Assembly: GCA_003551565.1 (NCBI GenBank)
Contig: PUMZ01000165.1
Span: forward strand, 1 to 44,660
Length of the DNA: 44,660 bases
Source: Candidatus Brocadiaceae bacterium
GTDB taxonomy: Bacteria > Planctomycetota > Brocadiia > SM23-32
Direction: 5' to 3'
Part shown: positions 14,859 through 26,600 of the stretch, piece after piece
Layout of the letters: every line of letters starts with the position of its first letter
Position numbering within the stretch: position 1 is the stretch's first letter
Notes under the pieces: model-generated
What the model saw: only the letters and a program-made list of their open reading frames with translations
The model's database searches: none
Told to the model about the DNA's origin: nothing
Position numbers and translations under genes: made by a program

Positions 14859-17800
14859 ATGAACAAAAAAAAGAATAGTTCCCGACGTCATACCAGTCTC
14901 AGAAGAGATATCTTCAAAAGTAACTTCGCCTTTTCTTTAATCCTCATCGCTTTATTCGGAACGTTTCTTGCCGGGGTTCTGTATCGCTCCGAAATGTCGA
15001 GGATGCATTCGTCTCTGAAAAAAACCAACCAGGCTGTGGTGATTTTCATTGAAGGCTACTTCAATGAAATCATCAACACCGTATCCATATTGGAATCAAA
15101 TGATTATATCAGGGAAGCAATGGGAGGGGGGGAATATGAACACCTGAGGATACTGGATATCTACAGATCCTTTGCGGAGGCCAATGAAAATATAAGATAC
15201 ATCTATTCCGGCTATGAAAATCGCTTAATGCTTATTGACAAAAAGGCATGGGAAGAGCCGGAAGGCTTTGATCCGAGAATAAGGCCGTGGTATGAAAAGG
15301 CGATGGAAGCGAGGCCGGGGATGTCGATCGGTCTGCCATATCAGGAAATCAACGACAGAGAATGGCTGATCTCCACCAGCCAGGCGCTTCGCTCCGAAGA
15401 TGGAAGCTATGCCGGCGTTGTAGCTGTCGATTGCTCGATCGCCGAGATAGCACGTCTTTTGCGGCAGTCTGCGGGTTTTGAAACGGCCTACAGTTACGTG
15501 GTCGGACAGGATGGCGAGATTATTCTGCATCATAGAGAAAGTTTGTTAGGTGATACGGTTCCTGAAATAAAAAGCGCTCTGCAAACCGGTCAATCCGGGA
15601 GTTTTACTTATCCCTTCGAAGATGCGGTAAAGTATGCCTATTACAGGACCGCTCCCTCGACGGGCTGGCAGGTCGTTACTGCGGTGGAACGAAATGAAAT
15701 TCTCCTGCCAATACTATGGCGTGTCATCGGCCTCATCGCCATTATCTGCATCCTGGCTGTCGTTTCAGGCATTTTCCTGAGCACCTTGATGAGCAGGCGT
15801 GTGTGTTCTCCCCTGAGGGCCCTGAGCAGCAAAGTTCAGGCGATCGTTGACGGCGACGAATATCAGGAAGATCCTGATGCGTATCCCGAGAATGAAATCG
15901 GGACAATGGCCCGTAATATCGGCCGGCTGGCTTCCAGTGAACTTCTTCACAGGAACGTCAAACTGCAGGAAAGCAGGGCGCATCTCACGGCCATCCTGCG
16001 CTCGATCGGCGACGGCGTCATCGCCTGCGACCAGGAGGAACGTGTCATCAGCCTCAATTGCATGGCCGAAACGCTCACCGGCTGGAACAGCTCTGAAGCA
16101 AATGGGCGGACCCTCGATGACGTCTTTCACATCGTCAACGCCAAAACCCGCGAAAAAACCGAGAACCCGGTGAAACGCTCCCTCAAAGAAGGCAAGGTCG
16201 TCGGACTGGCCAACCATACCATGCTGATCGCCCGGGACGGCGCCGAACGCCAGATCGCCGACTCCTGCTCGCCCATCAGGGATGCCGACGGAAAAGTCAC
16301 CGGCGCCGTGCTGGTCTTCCGGGACGTCACCGAGGAATACCGGCGTCGGGAGGAAATGCGCCTCAATACATTCGTTCTTGATCAGATTCAGGACGGGGTG
16401 ACGGTGACCGACCTGAACGGCACGATCACGTATGTCAATGACGCCGAAGCCCGGAAACAGGGCCGTTCCAAAGACGAACTGGTCGGGTGTCCGACAGAAA
16501 TATATGGTGAGAATCCCGAACAGGGGGCCACGCAGCGCGAGATAGTGGAAGAGACGCTGAAGAACGGCCGGTGGCGTGGAGAAGTCGTTAACCGGGGGGC
16601 CGATGGCGAAGAATATGTCATGGATTGCCGGACGCAGGTGATACTGGACGAGCAGGGCGACCCTGCGAAGCTTGCGGGAATCGCGACTGACATCACCGAA
16701 CGTAAGCGGATTGAGACTGAAATCAAACGCGCCCGGGATCAATATCAATCGCTGGTCGACAACATTCCCGGCATCACCTACCGCTGCAAGCTGGACAGGG
16801 ATTGGACCATGCTCTTCATGAGCGATGCGGTCGATCCGCTGAGCGGCTTCCCTGCCAGCGATTTCATCAACAACGCCGTGCGCACCTACGGGAGCGTTAT
16901 CCATCCGGACGATACGGATTATGTCGCGGAGAGCATCCATGCGGCCGTTGCCGAAGGGCGGTCGTGGGATATCGAATACCGTATCCGTCACAAGGATGGC
17001 GGCATCCGCTGGGTTCATGAAAAAGGCCGCGGGGTCCCCGGGGAGGACGGCGGCATTGCGCACCTCGACGGCTTCATCCTGGATATCACCAAACGCAAAC
17101 GGGCGGAAGAGGAGCTTCAGCGCAATTACCGGCTCCAGAAGATCATATCAGGATTATCTTCCCGGTTCGTCAAAACCATCCATGAGAGTTACGACGCCGA
17201 TATCAACGATATGCTGGCGCAGCTCGGCCGGCACTCCGGGGCGGGCCGCACTTACCTGTTCCAGTTCTCCGATGACCTGGAGACCATGACCAACACGCAC
17301 GAGTGGTGCGGCGAGGGCGCGGAACCTCAGATAAAAAGGATCCATGATCAGCCGGTCGACTCGGTGCCCTGGTTCATGGAGCGGATACTTGCCGGCAATC
17401 CTGTGCATGTCCACGATGTCGCGGCTCTGCCCGATGAAGCCGGTATGGAGCAGGCGGAATGGGCCGCCCAGGACATCCGATCGCTCATCACCGTTCCGGT
17501 CCGGATACCCGGCAGAGTGTGGGGTTTTGTGGGCATTGACGCCGTCGGAGAGAAATACAGCTGGAGCGAAAACGAGGTACATAATCTGGAGGTGATCGCC
17601 AACCTCATCGGCGATTTGCTGCAGAGGTTGCGGTCGGAAGTATATCTTCGGGAAACCAACCTCCAGCTTGAGGCCGCCACCGTCCGCGCCAACGAGCTGG
17701 CCGTTCAGGCCGAGGCCGCCAGCCTGGCCAAAAGCCGGTTCCTCAGCAACATGAGCCACGAAATCCGCACGCCCCTTAACGGGGTGATCGGCTTCACCGA

Positions 17801-19346
17801 CCTGCTGAAACAGACGGACCTCGACAGCATTCAGCGGCAATATGCCGAAAATGCCGGCACGTCCGCCCGGGCTCTTCTCGGGATTGTGAGCGATATCCTC
17901 GACTTTTCCAAGATCGAGGCGGGCAGGATGGAACTCGACCCGATCAGGACCGATGTCATGGAGCTCGCCGGGCAGGCGGCGGACATCATCAAATACCAGG
18001 CGGCGCAGAAAAACGTGGAACTGCTGCTCAATATCCAGCCCGGCATGCCCCGGTTCGCCACGCTCGATCCGGTCCGTGTGAAGCAGATACTGCTGAATTT
18101 GCTCGGCAACGCCGTCAAGTTCACCGAGGAAGGAGAAGTTGAGCTGAAGATGGATTTTTCGGACATCGGCGGGGGCCGGGGACGTATCCGCTTTGCGGTG
18201 CGTGATACCGGTATCGGCATTTCTGAAAAACAGAAAGATAAGATTTTTGAAGCTTTCTACCAGGGCGATGCTGCAACGACCCGCCGTTACGGCGGCACGG
18301 GGCTGGGGCTCGTGATATCGAACCTGCTTGCAAAAAAAATGGGAAGCCGAATAGAGATCGAAAGCACGCCCGGTGCGGGCTCTACCTTTTCCATGGTCGT
18401 AGAGGTTGACTGCGAACACGGCGGGAAGGGCGAAGATGAGAAACTCGATGGCGTCGCACACGTGATGGTCGCTGATGATAACGCAAGCAACCGCATGATC
18501 ACGCAACATATGCTCAACAACTGGGGCGTTGAATGCACGGTATGTGAAAACGGCTTCGAGGCAGTCGAAAAAATCGGATCCTCCGGCCCCTTCGATGTCG
18601 TTATCATGGATTACCATATGCCGTGTATGGATGGACTGGAAACAATCAGGAAGATCCGAACGGAGCTCGGCCTTTCCCCGGACGAGCAGCCGATTATCTT
18701 CCTGCATACCTCCGTCGACGACGTGCAAATCCACGAAGCGTGCAGGGAACTCGGCGTCCGGTTCTGCCTTGTCAAGCCGGTGAAGGCTGAGGAGATGTTG
18801 TTCCGGCTGAAACATCTGCACGACGAAGGAACGGCGGGGGAGGTGGAGCTGGAAGCAACCGGAAACGCAGATCAACCGGAAGGGGAAAAGGACAGGGTCG
18901 TTCGTTTACAGGACAAGCCGGCGTCCCGGGGTGCGGTCGTCCTGATCGCCGAAGACAATGAGATGAACATGTTGCTGATTCAAAGCCTCACCCGTCAGCT
19001 TCTGCCGGAGGTTGAGATCATCGGGGCGCGGGACGGCCGGCAGGCCTTGAGTGCCTTCTGCAACGCCGGCCGGGTCGATCTTGTCCTCATGGATATTCAG
19101 ATGCCCGGGATGAGCGGGTTGGAGGTGACCGAAGCGATCCGGGCGGAGGAGGGCAGCGGCAGGCATGTGCCTGTCGTAGCACTGACGGCGGGAACGCAGG
19201 CGGAAGACAGGGACAGGTGCCTGGCGGCGGGGATGGATGGTTTTTTACCGAAGCCGGTTGATCGTGAGAAACTCCGTGAATATTTTACCAAATATCTTTC
19301 CGATAACGAGTTTGGGCGGCAAGGAGGGGATAGTGCGTGTGAATAA
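14859..19346 (+). CDS. Hybrid sensor histidine kinase (dCache - TM - HAMP - PAS x3-4 - GAF - HisKA - HATPase - REC - REC)
   Basis: 1495 aa. Cache-like periplasmic region ([19 protein letters not shown]). H-box [20 protein letters not shown] boxes [12 protein letters not shown] and GTGLGLVIS. Two receivers (VMVADDN...VIMDYHMP...VKPV; VLIAEDN...LVLMDIQMP...PKPV). No Hpt domain. GTG 14838 is an alternative start. Confidence 0.93.
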   Translation: MNKKKNSSRRHTSLRRDIFKSNFAFSLILIALFGTFLAGVLYRSEMSRMHSSLKKTNQAVVIFIEGYFNEIINTVSILESNDYIREAMGGGEYEHLRILDIYRSFAEANENIRYIYSGYENRLMLIDKKAWEEPEGFDPRIRPWYEKAMEARPGMSIGLPYQEINDREWLISTSQALRSEDGSYAGVVAVDCSIAEIARLLRQSAGFETAYSYVVGQDGEIILHHRESLLGDTVPEIKSALQTGQSGSFTYPFEDAVKYAYYRTAPSTGWQVVTAVERNEILLPILWRVIGLIAIICILAVVSGIFLSTLMSRRVCSPLRALSSKVQAIVDGDEYQEDPDAYPENEIGTMARNIGRLASSELLHRNVKLQESRAHLTAILRSIGDGVIACDQEERVISLNCMAETLTGWNSSEANGRTLDDVFHIVNAKTREKTENPVKRSLKEGKVVGLANHTMLIARDGAERQIADSCSPIRDADGKVTGAVLVFRDVTEEYRRREEMRLNTFVLDQIQDGVTVTDLNGTITYVNDAEARKQGRSKDELVGCPTEIYGENPEQGATQREIVEETLKNGRWRGEVVNRGADGEEYVMDCRTQVILDEQGDPAKLAGIATDITERKRIETEIKRARDQYQSLVDNIPGITYRCKLDRDWTMLFMSDAVDPLSGFPASDFINNAVRTYGSVIHPDDTDYVAESIHAAVAEGRSWDIEYRIRHKDGGIRWVHEKGRGVPGEDGGIAHLDGFILDITKRKRAEEELQRNYRLQKIISGLSSRFVKTIHESYDADINDMLAQLGRHSGAGRTYLFQFSDDLETMTNTHEWCGEGAEPQIKRIHDQPVDSVPWFMERILAGNPVHVHDVAALPDEAGMEQAEWAAQDIRSLITVPVRIPGRVWGFVGIDAVGEKYSWSENEVHNLEVIANLIGDLLQRLRSEVYLRETNLQLEAATVRANELAVQAEAASLAKSRFLSNMSHEIRTPLNGVIGFTDLLKQTDLDSIQRQYAENAGTSARALLGIVSDILDFSKIEAGRMELDPIRTDVMELAGQAADIIKYQAAQKNVELLLNIQPGMPRFATLDPVRVKQILLNLLGNAVKFTEEGEVELKMDFSDIGGGRGRIRFAVRDTGIGISEKQKDKIFEAFYQGDAATTRRYGGTGLGLVISNLLAKKMGSRIEIESTPGAGSTFSMVVEVDCEHGGKGEDEKLDGVAHVMVADDNASNRMITQHMLNNWGVECTVCENGFEAVEKIGSSGPFDVVIMDYHMPCMDGLETIRKIRTELGLSPDEQPIIFLHTSVDDVQIHEACRELGVRFCLVKPVKAEEMLFRLKHLHDEGTAGEVELEATGNADQPEGEKDRVVRLQDKPASRGAVVLIAEDNEMNMLLIQSLTRQLLPEVEIIGARDGRQALSAFCNAGRVDLVLMDIQMPGMSGLEVTEAIRAEEGSGRHVPVVALTAGTQAEDRDRCLAAGMDGFLPKPVDREKLREYFTKYLSDNEFGRQGGDSACE

Positions 19347-19362
19347 CGCCCGGGAAAGTGGC

Positions 19363-19368
19363 TATAAT
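19363..19368 (+). promoter_or_regulatory. Candidate sigma-70 -10 box (TATAAT) upstream of cheY
   Basis: Perfect TATAAT. The hexamer 17 nt upstream is TGAATA, only 3/6 to TTGACA. It lies about 240 nt upstream of cheY. Confidence 0.25.
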
Positions 19369-19604
19369 GTGCTTTATTGCCCGTTTATTTCTCGCGTTCT
19401 TTGTGGTGCAGATGCGGCAGAAAGCAAACGCCTGTGAAATCTGCAGGTAGCGCCGTCAGAGCATCATTAACTGTTTGTTTTTCGGCCGTTGGATTCGTTT
19501 TTGGAACGTTGCATTGTGTCCGCTCCGTCGGAACAGGGCCGGCGGGAAAACAGGACAACGCGGTCCCCTGAAAATTGTAACCCCATCAGGAGGTGTTTGA
19601 TGCG

Positions 19605-19964
19605 ATGAAATTACTGATCGTCGATGATTCCAGGGCCATGCGGCTCATCATCAAAAAGACGTTAAGGCGTGCCGGAGTGAAGCCAACAGAGACTGTTGAA
19701 GCTGAAAACGGTGCACAGGCGCTGGAGCTGTGTCAGCAGGGCCCGCCGGATCTGATCTTATGCGACTGGCACATGCCGGAGATGTCCGGTATCGACTTGC
19801 TCCGTGCGCTGAGAAAAGAGGGTATAACTACCGATTTCGGGTTCATCACCTCCGAGAGCACCGATGATATGCGGGAGATGGCAAAGGAGGAAGGAGCCGC
19901 ATTCCTTCTGGCCAAGCCGTTCACTCCCGACGCCCTCTCCGATGCACTGAGCGCTGTCTTGTGA
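19605..19964 (+). CDS. cheY: CheY-like single-domain response regulator
   Basis: AGGAGG RBS. MKLLIVDDSRAMR, LILCDWHMPEMSG, FITSES and LAKPF together give a complete receiver. Confidence 0.9.
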   Translation: MKLLIVDDSRAMRLIIKKTLRRAGVKPTETVEAENGAQALELCQQGPPDLILCDWHMPEMSGIDLLRALRKEGITTDFGFITSESTDDMREMAKEEGAAFLLAKPFTPDALSDALSAVL

Positions 19965-20049
19965 AGGTGTTTGCAGCAGACGGGTTGGCTTGTGGCAGGT
20001 AAATTGTGGATGTACACGTGAACAGAACAGGGTCATTTCGGAGGTGAAA

Positions 20050-20568
20050 GTGAACGGAAACGTGGCGACAGATGCAGGGGAAATTCTTGATCTGGCGGTT
20101 CAGTGTGCGATCGAGGCGTGCGGTACACAGTTTGAATTGCCGCTCGGAGTGGCAGGGGAACCCAGGAGGCCGGATGTCGGGCTTGCGCACTGCGGCGGAG
20201 CCATATCTTTTATCGATGACAACACCGGTTTTAACCTGCTGCTTATGGGAAACCGGGCGTATGGTCACGAAGTCACACGGGCGATGTTTATGCTTGAGCC
20301 GGACGAGGAAGTGGCCGAAGATGATATGGCCGATGCGATCGGCGAGTTCGTTAATATCGTGGCGGGAATGCTGAAGCGCAAACTTGCCGACCGGGAGTAT
20401 GCGGTCAGGATCGGGCTGCCGATGTTTGTCAGAGGCAGCGGATGTATTGAGTATTTTGCCGAGGGTGTCCTGGGAGCCGCCATCACACTGGAGGGCGGTT
20501 CGGGTATGCGAATGCAGCCGGTGATTATTTGGAAGGGGAATTGCAATGATACAGTCTTTACCGAATGA
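20050..20568 (+). CDS. cheX: CheX-like CheY-P phosphatase
   Basis: DAIGEFVNIVAGMLK...LP fits the CheC/CheX/FliY signature D-x3-E-x2-N followed about 21 residues later by P. GGAGG lies before GTG 20050. The ORF-track start at 19990 is upstream and in frame. Confidence 0.72.
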   Translation: MNGNVATDAGEILDLAVQCAIEACGTQFELPLGVAGEPRRPDVGLAHCGGAISFIDDNTGFNLLLMGNRAYGHEVTRAMFMLEPDEEVAEDDMADAIGEFVNIVAGMLKRKLADREYAVRIGLPMFVRGSGCIEYFAEGVLGAAITLEGGSGMRMQPVIIWKGNCNDTVFTE

Positions 20569-21025
20569 AAACGATATAATCCGTGTGTTGAAAGGCATCA
20601 CCGATTTTCAGGCGAATTTTGATGCGTCGGACGAACCGATGGATATCGACGGCTCGGAGTTTGCAGTCTATGTCTCCATGCTGTCCACCGGTGAAGGGGA
20701 AGTTGTCGGGGCGATGGCGGCCAATGCCCCGGCCGCATGCATGTTCGGGGGGGGGTTGGTTATGCTCCCGGAGAATTCACTGAAGGAAATGATCGAGGAA
20801 AACGACCTGTCGGAAGTCGTTATCGACGGCCTGTCGGAAGTCTTCAACATGCTGCGCAGGACGATCAACGCGGAGCCGAAAAATCCGCATGTCGAGCACG
20901 GCCGGGTGCATCTGTTCGGCGATGGCGGCGGGGACGAGGAATGGGTGAAAAACCCTTCAAAGTCCATCAAACTGGCCGGCGATTCGTCCCTCGGGAAAGC
21001 GGAATTTGCCATGGTGGGAAAGTAA
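20546..21025 (+). CDS. Second CheX/CheC-like protein (divergent)
   Basis: 159 aa with DGLSEVFNML (D-x3-E-x2-N) but no Pro at the expected distance. GGAAGGGG RBS. It overlaps the preceding gene by 23 nt. Confidence 0.5.
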   Translation: MIQSLPNENDIIRVLKGITDFQANFDASDEPMDIDGSEFAVYVSMLSTGEGEVVGAMAANAPAACMFGGGLVMLPENSLKEMIEENDLSEVVIDGLSEVFNMLRRTINAEPKNPHVEHGRVHLFGDGGGDEEWVKNPSKSIKLAGDSSLGKAEFAMVGK

Positions 21026-21193
21026 GTCCCCGGTCGATACGCAGCGGCACAGCTGGATCGAAATGGGAGAAAATATACGGTGCAGTATTTGCATGAACTG
21101 CTTGATTGTGAAGGAGTTGTCTCATGAGACGTCCGTTTCTGGGGAGTCAATCCCTGAAGTCACGTTACGACTTGAACGCAAAAACGACAGACA

Positions 21194-23443
21194 TTGGATA
21201 ATGCCATGGCCGAAAAAAACATATTGGATGTGCTCAATGCTCTCACAACGGAATTGTTAAGTTTTTCCCCGTCCGATGAAGGCGATATGCGGCAGGTCCG
21301 CGAGCGTTTGGATACGCTGGGGAAATGGGCCGGCAGCGATAATGCCGTGCTTGCCGGGGCCATCGATGACGCCCGGGCGGCGCTTTCATCGATGCACGAC
21401 AGCGAGGAGCCCGAGGAACTGCTGCAGACGGTTGCGGAGCTTGTGGGGGAGTTGCGCGATGCCGTTGAAAAGGGGGCGTCACCGGAAGACATCGATGTGA
21501 GGACGGAGTGCTTCAACAGCGCCGGCACAGAGAGCGGGGGCGCTGACGATGCGGATGGCGACGATGCGGACGATTGCGGAGACGGGGAGATTCCCGAGGG
21601 GTTGCTGATGCTTCTGGACGATCCCGAAACCGCCGGAGAGTTTCTGCAGGAATCCGAAGAGCATCTGCTCAAAGCCGAGCTTGCCCTGATGGAGCTTGAA
21701 AAAAACAGCGAAGATTCCGAATCGGTCAATGTTGCTTTCAGGGCGTTCCATACGATAAAGGGGCTGGCGGGGTTTTTCGAACTCGACCAGGTCCGGACAT
21801 TGTCGCACAGCACTGAAAATTTGATGGACGAAATCCGGAGCGGGAAGGCGCAAATGGACGAACATAATGCCGAGGTGGTCCTGAGATCGGTCAGTACTCT
21901 GGAAGAGATGCTGCACCATATACGGGAGGCGGTCGGCAACCAGACGGCGGTCAGGAAGCATCCGGAGTACGACCGGCTGCTGGGGGACATCGCGGCGGCC
22001 ATGGAACGGGAACCGGTGGCGGCGGGCGGAACGCATGCGCAGGACAATACCGCCGAAACCGGGGACGATGGTGGAACGAACGCGGCCGGGGAGTCCGGGT
22101 CCGGGGAACGTACCGACAAAAAAGCGGAGGGTGAAGGTAGGGAGGCCGGCCCGGGAGGAGCTGCGACCGAAGAACCAGCGACGGCATCCGCCGCACCTGA
22201 GCCGGTTGCGCCGGAGTCCGGTAGAACGTCTTCCGGAACCCGGGCCGCCAAACCGGGGGGGGCCGGGCAAAAGGCGGTCAAGGAAATGGTCCGGGTCGAT
22301 GCGGGGAGGCTGGACCGGTTGATTGAAGTGATCGGCGAGATGGTGATCGCGGAATCGATGGTCAGCCGGAAACAGCAGGAGGCCGGAGGCGCCTCCAGCC
22401 TGGAATTCGAACGCGAAATGGACCGGCTGGATAAGATAACCCGCGAGTTGCAGGAAATCGGCATGTCGCTGCGGATGATACCGATCAAGCCGCTTTTCCA
22501 GAGGATGATAAGACTTGTGCGGGATGTCGCACGTGAAAACGGGAAAAAAGTCGACCTGGAACTTTTGGGCGAAGAAACGGAGCTTGACAAATCTGTCGTG
22601 GATCAGCTGTCCGATCCGTTCGTTCACCTCATCCGCAATGCCGTGGACCACGGCATTGAGGCGCCGGAGGTGCGATCTGCGAGCGGAAAACCGGAGACGG
22701 GGCATATTGAGCTGAGGGCGTTCCATCGGGGAGGAAATATATTTATTGAGATCGAAGACGATGGCGCCGGACTGGACAGGGAAAAAATACTGGCCAAAGC
22801 CCGCGAAAAAGGACTTGTGGGCGAAGAATCCGATAAAATGGATGATAAAGATGTTTACAGTCTGATATTCGAACCCGGATTTTCCACAAAAACCCAGGTG
22901 AGCGACCTGAGTGGCCGCGGCGTGGGGATGGATGTTGTGCGCAGGAACGTTGAAGCGATCCGCGGGCAGATCGATGTGCGTTCCGGGCCGGCAGCCGGCA
23001 CGGTGATCAGTATTCGCCTGCCGCTCACTCTCGCGATCATCGATGGTATGGTGGTGCGCGTGGGGGAAGAACGGTATGTTATCCCCACGCTTTCCATCGT
23101 CCAGACTCTCAGGCCGGAAAAGGACTCAGTCAAGCATGTGCGGGGGCAGGGTGATATGGTCGATTTCCAGGGCAGCCTCTCGCCGATCTTCTGGCTTGGA
23201 GAAATGCTTGGGGGCGAGGGGGAGGCGGAAGAAGCGTCGGAATCCGTCATCGTGATGGTTGACGACGACGGGAAAAGAGTGGGCTTTGTGGTTGATGAGC
23301 TGCTCGGACAGCAACAGATCGTGATCAAGTCCCTGGGCAAAGGCATAGGTGAACTGAAAGGGATCGCCGGCGCCGCCATCATGCCGGACGGCAAGGTGGG
23401 GTTGATACTGGACGTGAACGGGCTTATAAAGCTTGCCGGCTAA
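21194..23443 (+). CDS. cheA: Chemotaxis histidine kinase CheA (no recognisable P2 domain, no C-terminal receiver)
   Basis: Hpt H-box AFRAFHTIKGLAGFF. Dimerisation region MVRVDAGRLDRLIEVIGEMVI. Kinase boxes DPFVHLIRNAVDHGIE and GRGVGMDVV. CheW-like P5 (IIDGMVVRVGEERYVIP). Confidence 0.93.
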   Translation: MDNAMAEKNILDVLNALTTELLSFSPSDEGDMRQVRERLDTLGKWAGSDNAVLAGAIDDARAALSSMHDSEEPEELLQTVAELVGELRDAVEKGASPEDIDVRTECFNSAGTESGGADDADGDDADDCGDGEIPEGLLMLLDDPETAGEFLQESEEHLLKAELALMELEKNSEDSESVNVAFRAFHTIKGLAGFFELDQVRTLSHSTENLMDEIRSGKAQMDEHNAEVVLRSVSTLEEMLHHIREAVGNQTAVRKHPEYDRLLGDIAAAMEREPVAAGGTHAQDNTAETGDDGGTNAAGESGSGERTDKKAEGEGREAGPGGAATEEPATASAAPEPVAPESGRTSSGTRAAKPGGAGQKAVKEMVRVDAGRLDRLIEVIGEMVIAESMVSRKQQEAGGASSLEFEREMDRLDKITRELQEIGMSLRMIPIKPLFQRMIRLVRDVARENGKKVDLELLGEETELDKSVVDQLSDPFVHLIRNAVDHGIEAPEVRSASGKPETGHIELRAFHRGGNIFIEIEDDGAGLDREKILAKAREKGLVGEESDKMDDKDVYSLIFEPGFSTKTQVSDLSGRGVGMDVVRRNVEAIRGQIDVRSGPAAGTVISIRLPLTLAIIDGMVVRVGEERYVIPTLSIVQTLRPEKDSVKHVRGQGDMVDFQGSLSPIFWLGEMLGGEGEAEEASESVIVMVDDDGKRVGFVVDELLGQQQIVIKSLGKGIGELKGIAGAAIMPDGKVGLILDVNGLIKLAG

Positions 23444-23604
23444 AGCGCTTATTTACGCGTTTTCGGTGGTTCATATGCGCCGGAAAACACATGCTGCCTG
23501 TGAAAAATGTTGTGCCGTTCAGGAAGTCCTTAATATTTTTCTGACTGTGTGCCTTAAAGCGGTGGCGAGTGCTCGCGTCAACTGTTCTTTTGATCTTGGT
23601 CAAC

Positions 23605-26600
23605 ATGCAAAAATATCACCCCATGGAATCAGGTTTTCAAAGTGAGAGCAAACAGTGGGAGATCACGTTGCGCTCCATTGGCGATGCGGTAATTGTGACT
23701 GATGGTGCGGGCAGGGTCAAGCTCCTGAATCCGGTCGCAGAAAAGATGACCGGTTGGGAGAGCACCGAAGCGTGCGGGAAAAAGCTCGCACAGGTGTTCA
23801 ATATAGTCAATGCCAGGACCCGGGAAAAAGCTTTCGACCCTGTCAAAACAGCGCTGGAAGAAGGGACGGTGGTCGGTCTGGCCAACCATACGGTGCTGAT
23901 TTCCCGCAACGGCGCGGAATACCAGATCGAAGACAGTTGCGCGCCCGTGAAAAACGCTGCCGGAGAGATCCAGGGAGCCGTTCTGGTTTTCCGCGACGTG
24001 ACAGAACTTTACCAGCAGCGCCGCCGGCTGGAAGAAAACGAGGTTTTTTTGCGGACCACGCTGGATGCACTGAACCAGCCCTTTGCCGTGATAAACCCCG
24101 AAAGCTATACGGTCGATATGGCCAACGAAGCTTATGGCGGGCGGCAATCGGTGGGGAAAAAATGCTACAGTGTCTCGCATCAACAAGACTCCCCCTGTGG
24201 GGGAGCCGCTCATCGGTGTCCGGTGGAAGAAGTCGTACAAACGGGGCGGCCGGTTGTGGTAGAGCACGTTCATCGTTATCAGGATGGGACTCCTCAATAC
24301 GTGAACGTGTATGCCCATCCCATCTTCGACGACGATCAGCGGGTCCGGCAGGTGATCGAACACGTGGTGGATGTGACCGAACGCAGACGGGCGGAGGAGC
24401 GACTGCAGGAGAGCGAACAACGGTTCCGCAGTTATTTTGACAATGCCCCCTACGGCATCTTTCTTTCTGACGATAAAGGCGTTTACATTGACGTTAATCC
24501 CGCCGCCGTGGCGATAACGGGTTACGCGAAGACGGATTTGATCGGGAAAAACATCGAGTCGATCCTTGCGCCCGGTGACAGGGACAGGGGGTTGCGCCAT
24601 TTTCGCACGGTGGCTGAAACGGGAGGGGCCGATGGGGTGTTCGGGTTTGTTACCGCCGATGGTGAGCGTGCCGATCTCCGTGTCAAAGCGGTCCGCCTGT
24701 CGGATGAGCAGTTCATAGGCTTTACGGAAAATGTCACGGACCGGAAACGGAAGGAGGATCAGCTCAACCGCTTTCGTCTGGCACTGGATAACAGTCCCGA
24801 TCAGGTTTTTCTGATCGATCCTGACCGGATGCGGTTTCTGGATGTCAATGCAACCGCATGCAGGGATTTGGGATTCAGCAGGGAGGAGCTGCTGGCGATG
24901 GGACCCCATGATATCAAGCCGCGCTACACCCGGGAGTCCCTCCGGGCTGAATTGGAACGCATCGCTTCGCTGGACAACTCTTACGGGGTGGTCAGCACCG
25001 TTCATCGGGGAAAGAGCGGAAGAGAGATTCCGGTGGAAGTGCGAATTCAGGCGCTGGAATCATCAGGCTCCAGGACGGTTGTCGCTATCGCCCGGGATAT
25101 TTCCGAACGCATCAAGGCCGAGCAGCGTTCCCGTGAATCCAAGAAAAGGCTGGAATCATCCAACCGGCAGCTCTATAAGTCAATACGCCATGCCAATGAA
25201 ATGGCCCATCAGGCGGAAGTTGCCAGCCAGGCGAAAAGCCAGTTCCTTGCCAACATGAGCCACGAAATCCGCACGCCGATGAACGGCATTATCGGTATGA
25301 CCGGCCTGTTGCTGGAGTCGGATTTGAATGAAGAGCAGCAGGATATGGCCGATGTTATCCGCACCTGTGCCGATTCTCTTCTGCACCTCATCAACGATAT
25401 CCTGGATTTTTCCAAAATTGAGGCCGGCAAGCTGAAGATCGATGAAGTGGATTTTAACCTGCGCACCATGGTCGAGGAAATCTCCGATGTTATGGCAGTG
25501 GGTGCGGCCAAAAAGGACCTGACTTTTTCCGTGCGGGTTGCACCGGATGTGCCGTCGGCCTTGCGTGGAGACCCGGCCAGGTTGCGGCAGGTCCTCATGA
25601 ACCTCGCCAACAATGCGATCAAGTTCACCGAACACGGCGAAGTGATCGTGAATATCGAACCGGAGTCCGAAACGGAACGCGACGTTGTGCTGCTTTTTCA
25701 GATAAAAGACACCGGGATCGGTATCCCGGAGGAGAAGATGGACATCCTTTTCAATGCGTTTGAGCAGGTTGACGATTCAAACACACGCGAGTTTGAGGGG
25801 AGCGGCCTGGGGCTTGCCATCTCCAAAAAGTTGACGGAAATGATGGGGGGGGAAATAATTGCCGAAAGTGTTGAAGACGCCGGATCGACCTTTACTTTTA
25901 CCGCTCAACTCAAAAAACAACATGGCGATAAACAGAGGCTTGCTGATACGGAACCTCCGGACGATATCCGGGGCAAAAAAATGCTGATCGTCTGCGACAA
26001 CGGTATCAATCGGCGCGTTATGAGTGAGTTTTTGACGTCCTTTCAGATGCGCCATGACGAAGTGGATAACGCTGAGGATGCCCTGGCCGCTGTCGAAAAA
26101 GCCTCTCGCGAAGGCGATCCATACGATATCGTGACCATTGATATGCACGACCCCGGGGCCGGCCGGACGCTGGGGGCGGCGCTGAGGGAAAACGGCGGCT
26201 GCGCCAGTTTGCGTTTGGTGCTGGTGACTGCGATGCGGGAGCGGGGAACAGATTGTCTCCTCAGAGAAAACGTATTTGATGGCCGCATCAACAAGCCTAT
26301 TAAAAAAGATCAATTCTTCGATCAACTGAAAACGTTGCTGGGCACTGAAACGACCGATCGGCGCTGCGAAGAGCCGTTGTCGCCGGATGAACCCTGCCGA
26401 AGCGGAGAATCGAAAAAGGGGCCGTTGAAGGTGCTGCTTGTTGAGGACAATGAGATCAATCGGAAGGTGGCGGTTCGCATCCTGCAAAGGATCGGCCTCG
26501 ATGCCGATGCCGTGGCCAATGGTCAGGAGGCTCTGCTGACGTTGAATGACCGGCCCTACGATCTTGTTCTTATGGACGTGCAGATGCCGGTTATGGACGG

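Noticed and set aside
15765-18875. 432-aa and 573-aa minus-strand ORFs antisense to hybrid kinase 1
   Set aside because: They are shadow ORFs. The plus-strand frame carries H, N and G boxes plus PAS, GAF and REC motifs, while the minus frames are compositionally biased and lack motifs.
21160-22726. 476-aa and 415-aa minus-strand ORFs antisense to cheA
   Set aside because: They are Ser/Pro/Arg-rich low-complexity translations, whereas cheA on the plus strand is unambiguous.
26000-26330. The first receiver of hybrid kinase 2 considered as a pseudo-receiver because it reads IVCDNG instead of DD
   Set aside because: The phospho-acceptor Asp (VTIDMHDP), the Thr position (LVTAM) and the Lys (NKPI) are all present. 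The evidence for degeneracy is insufficient.
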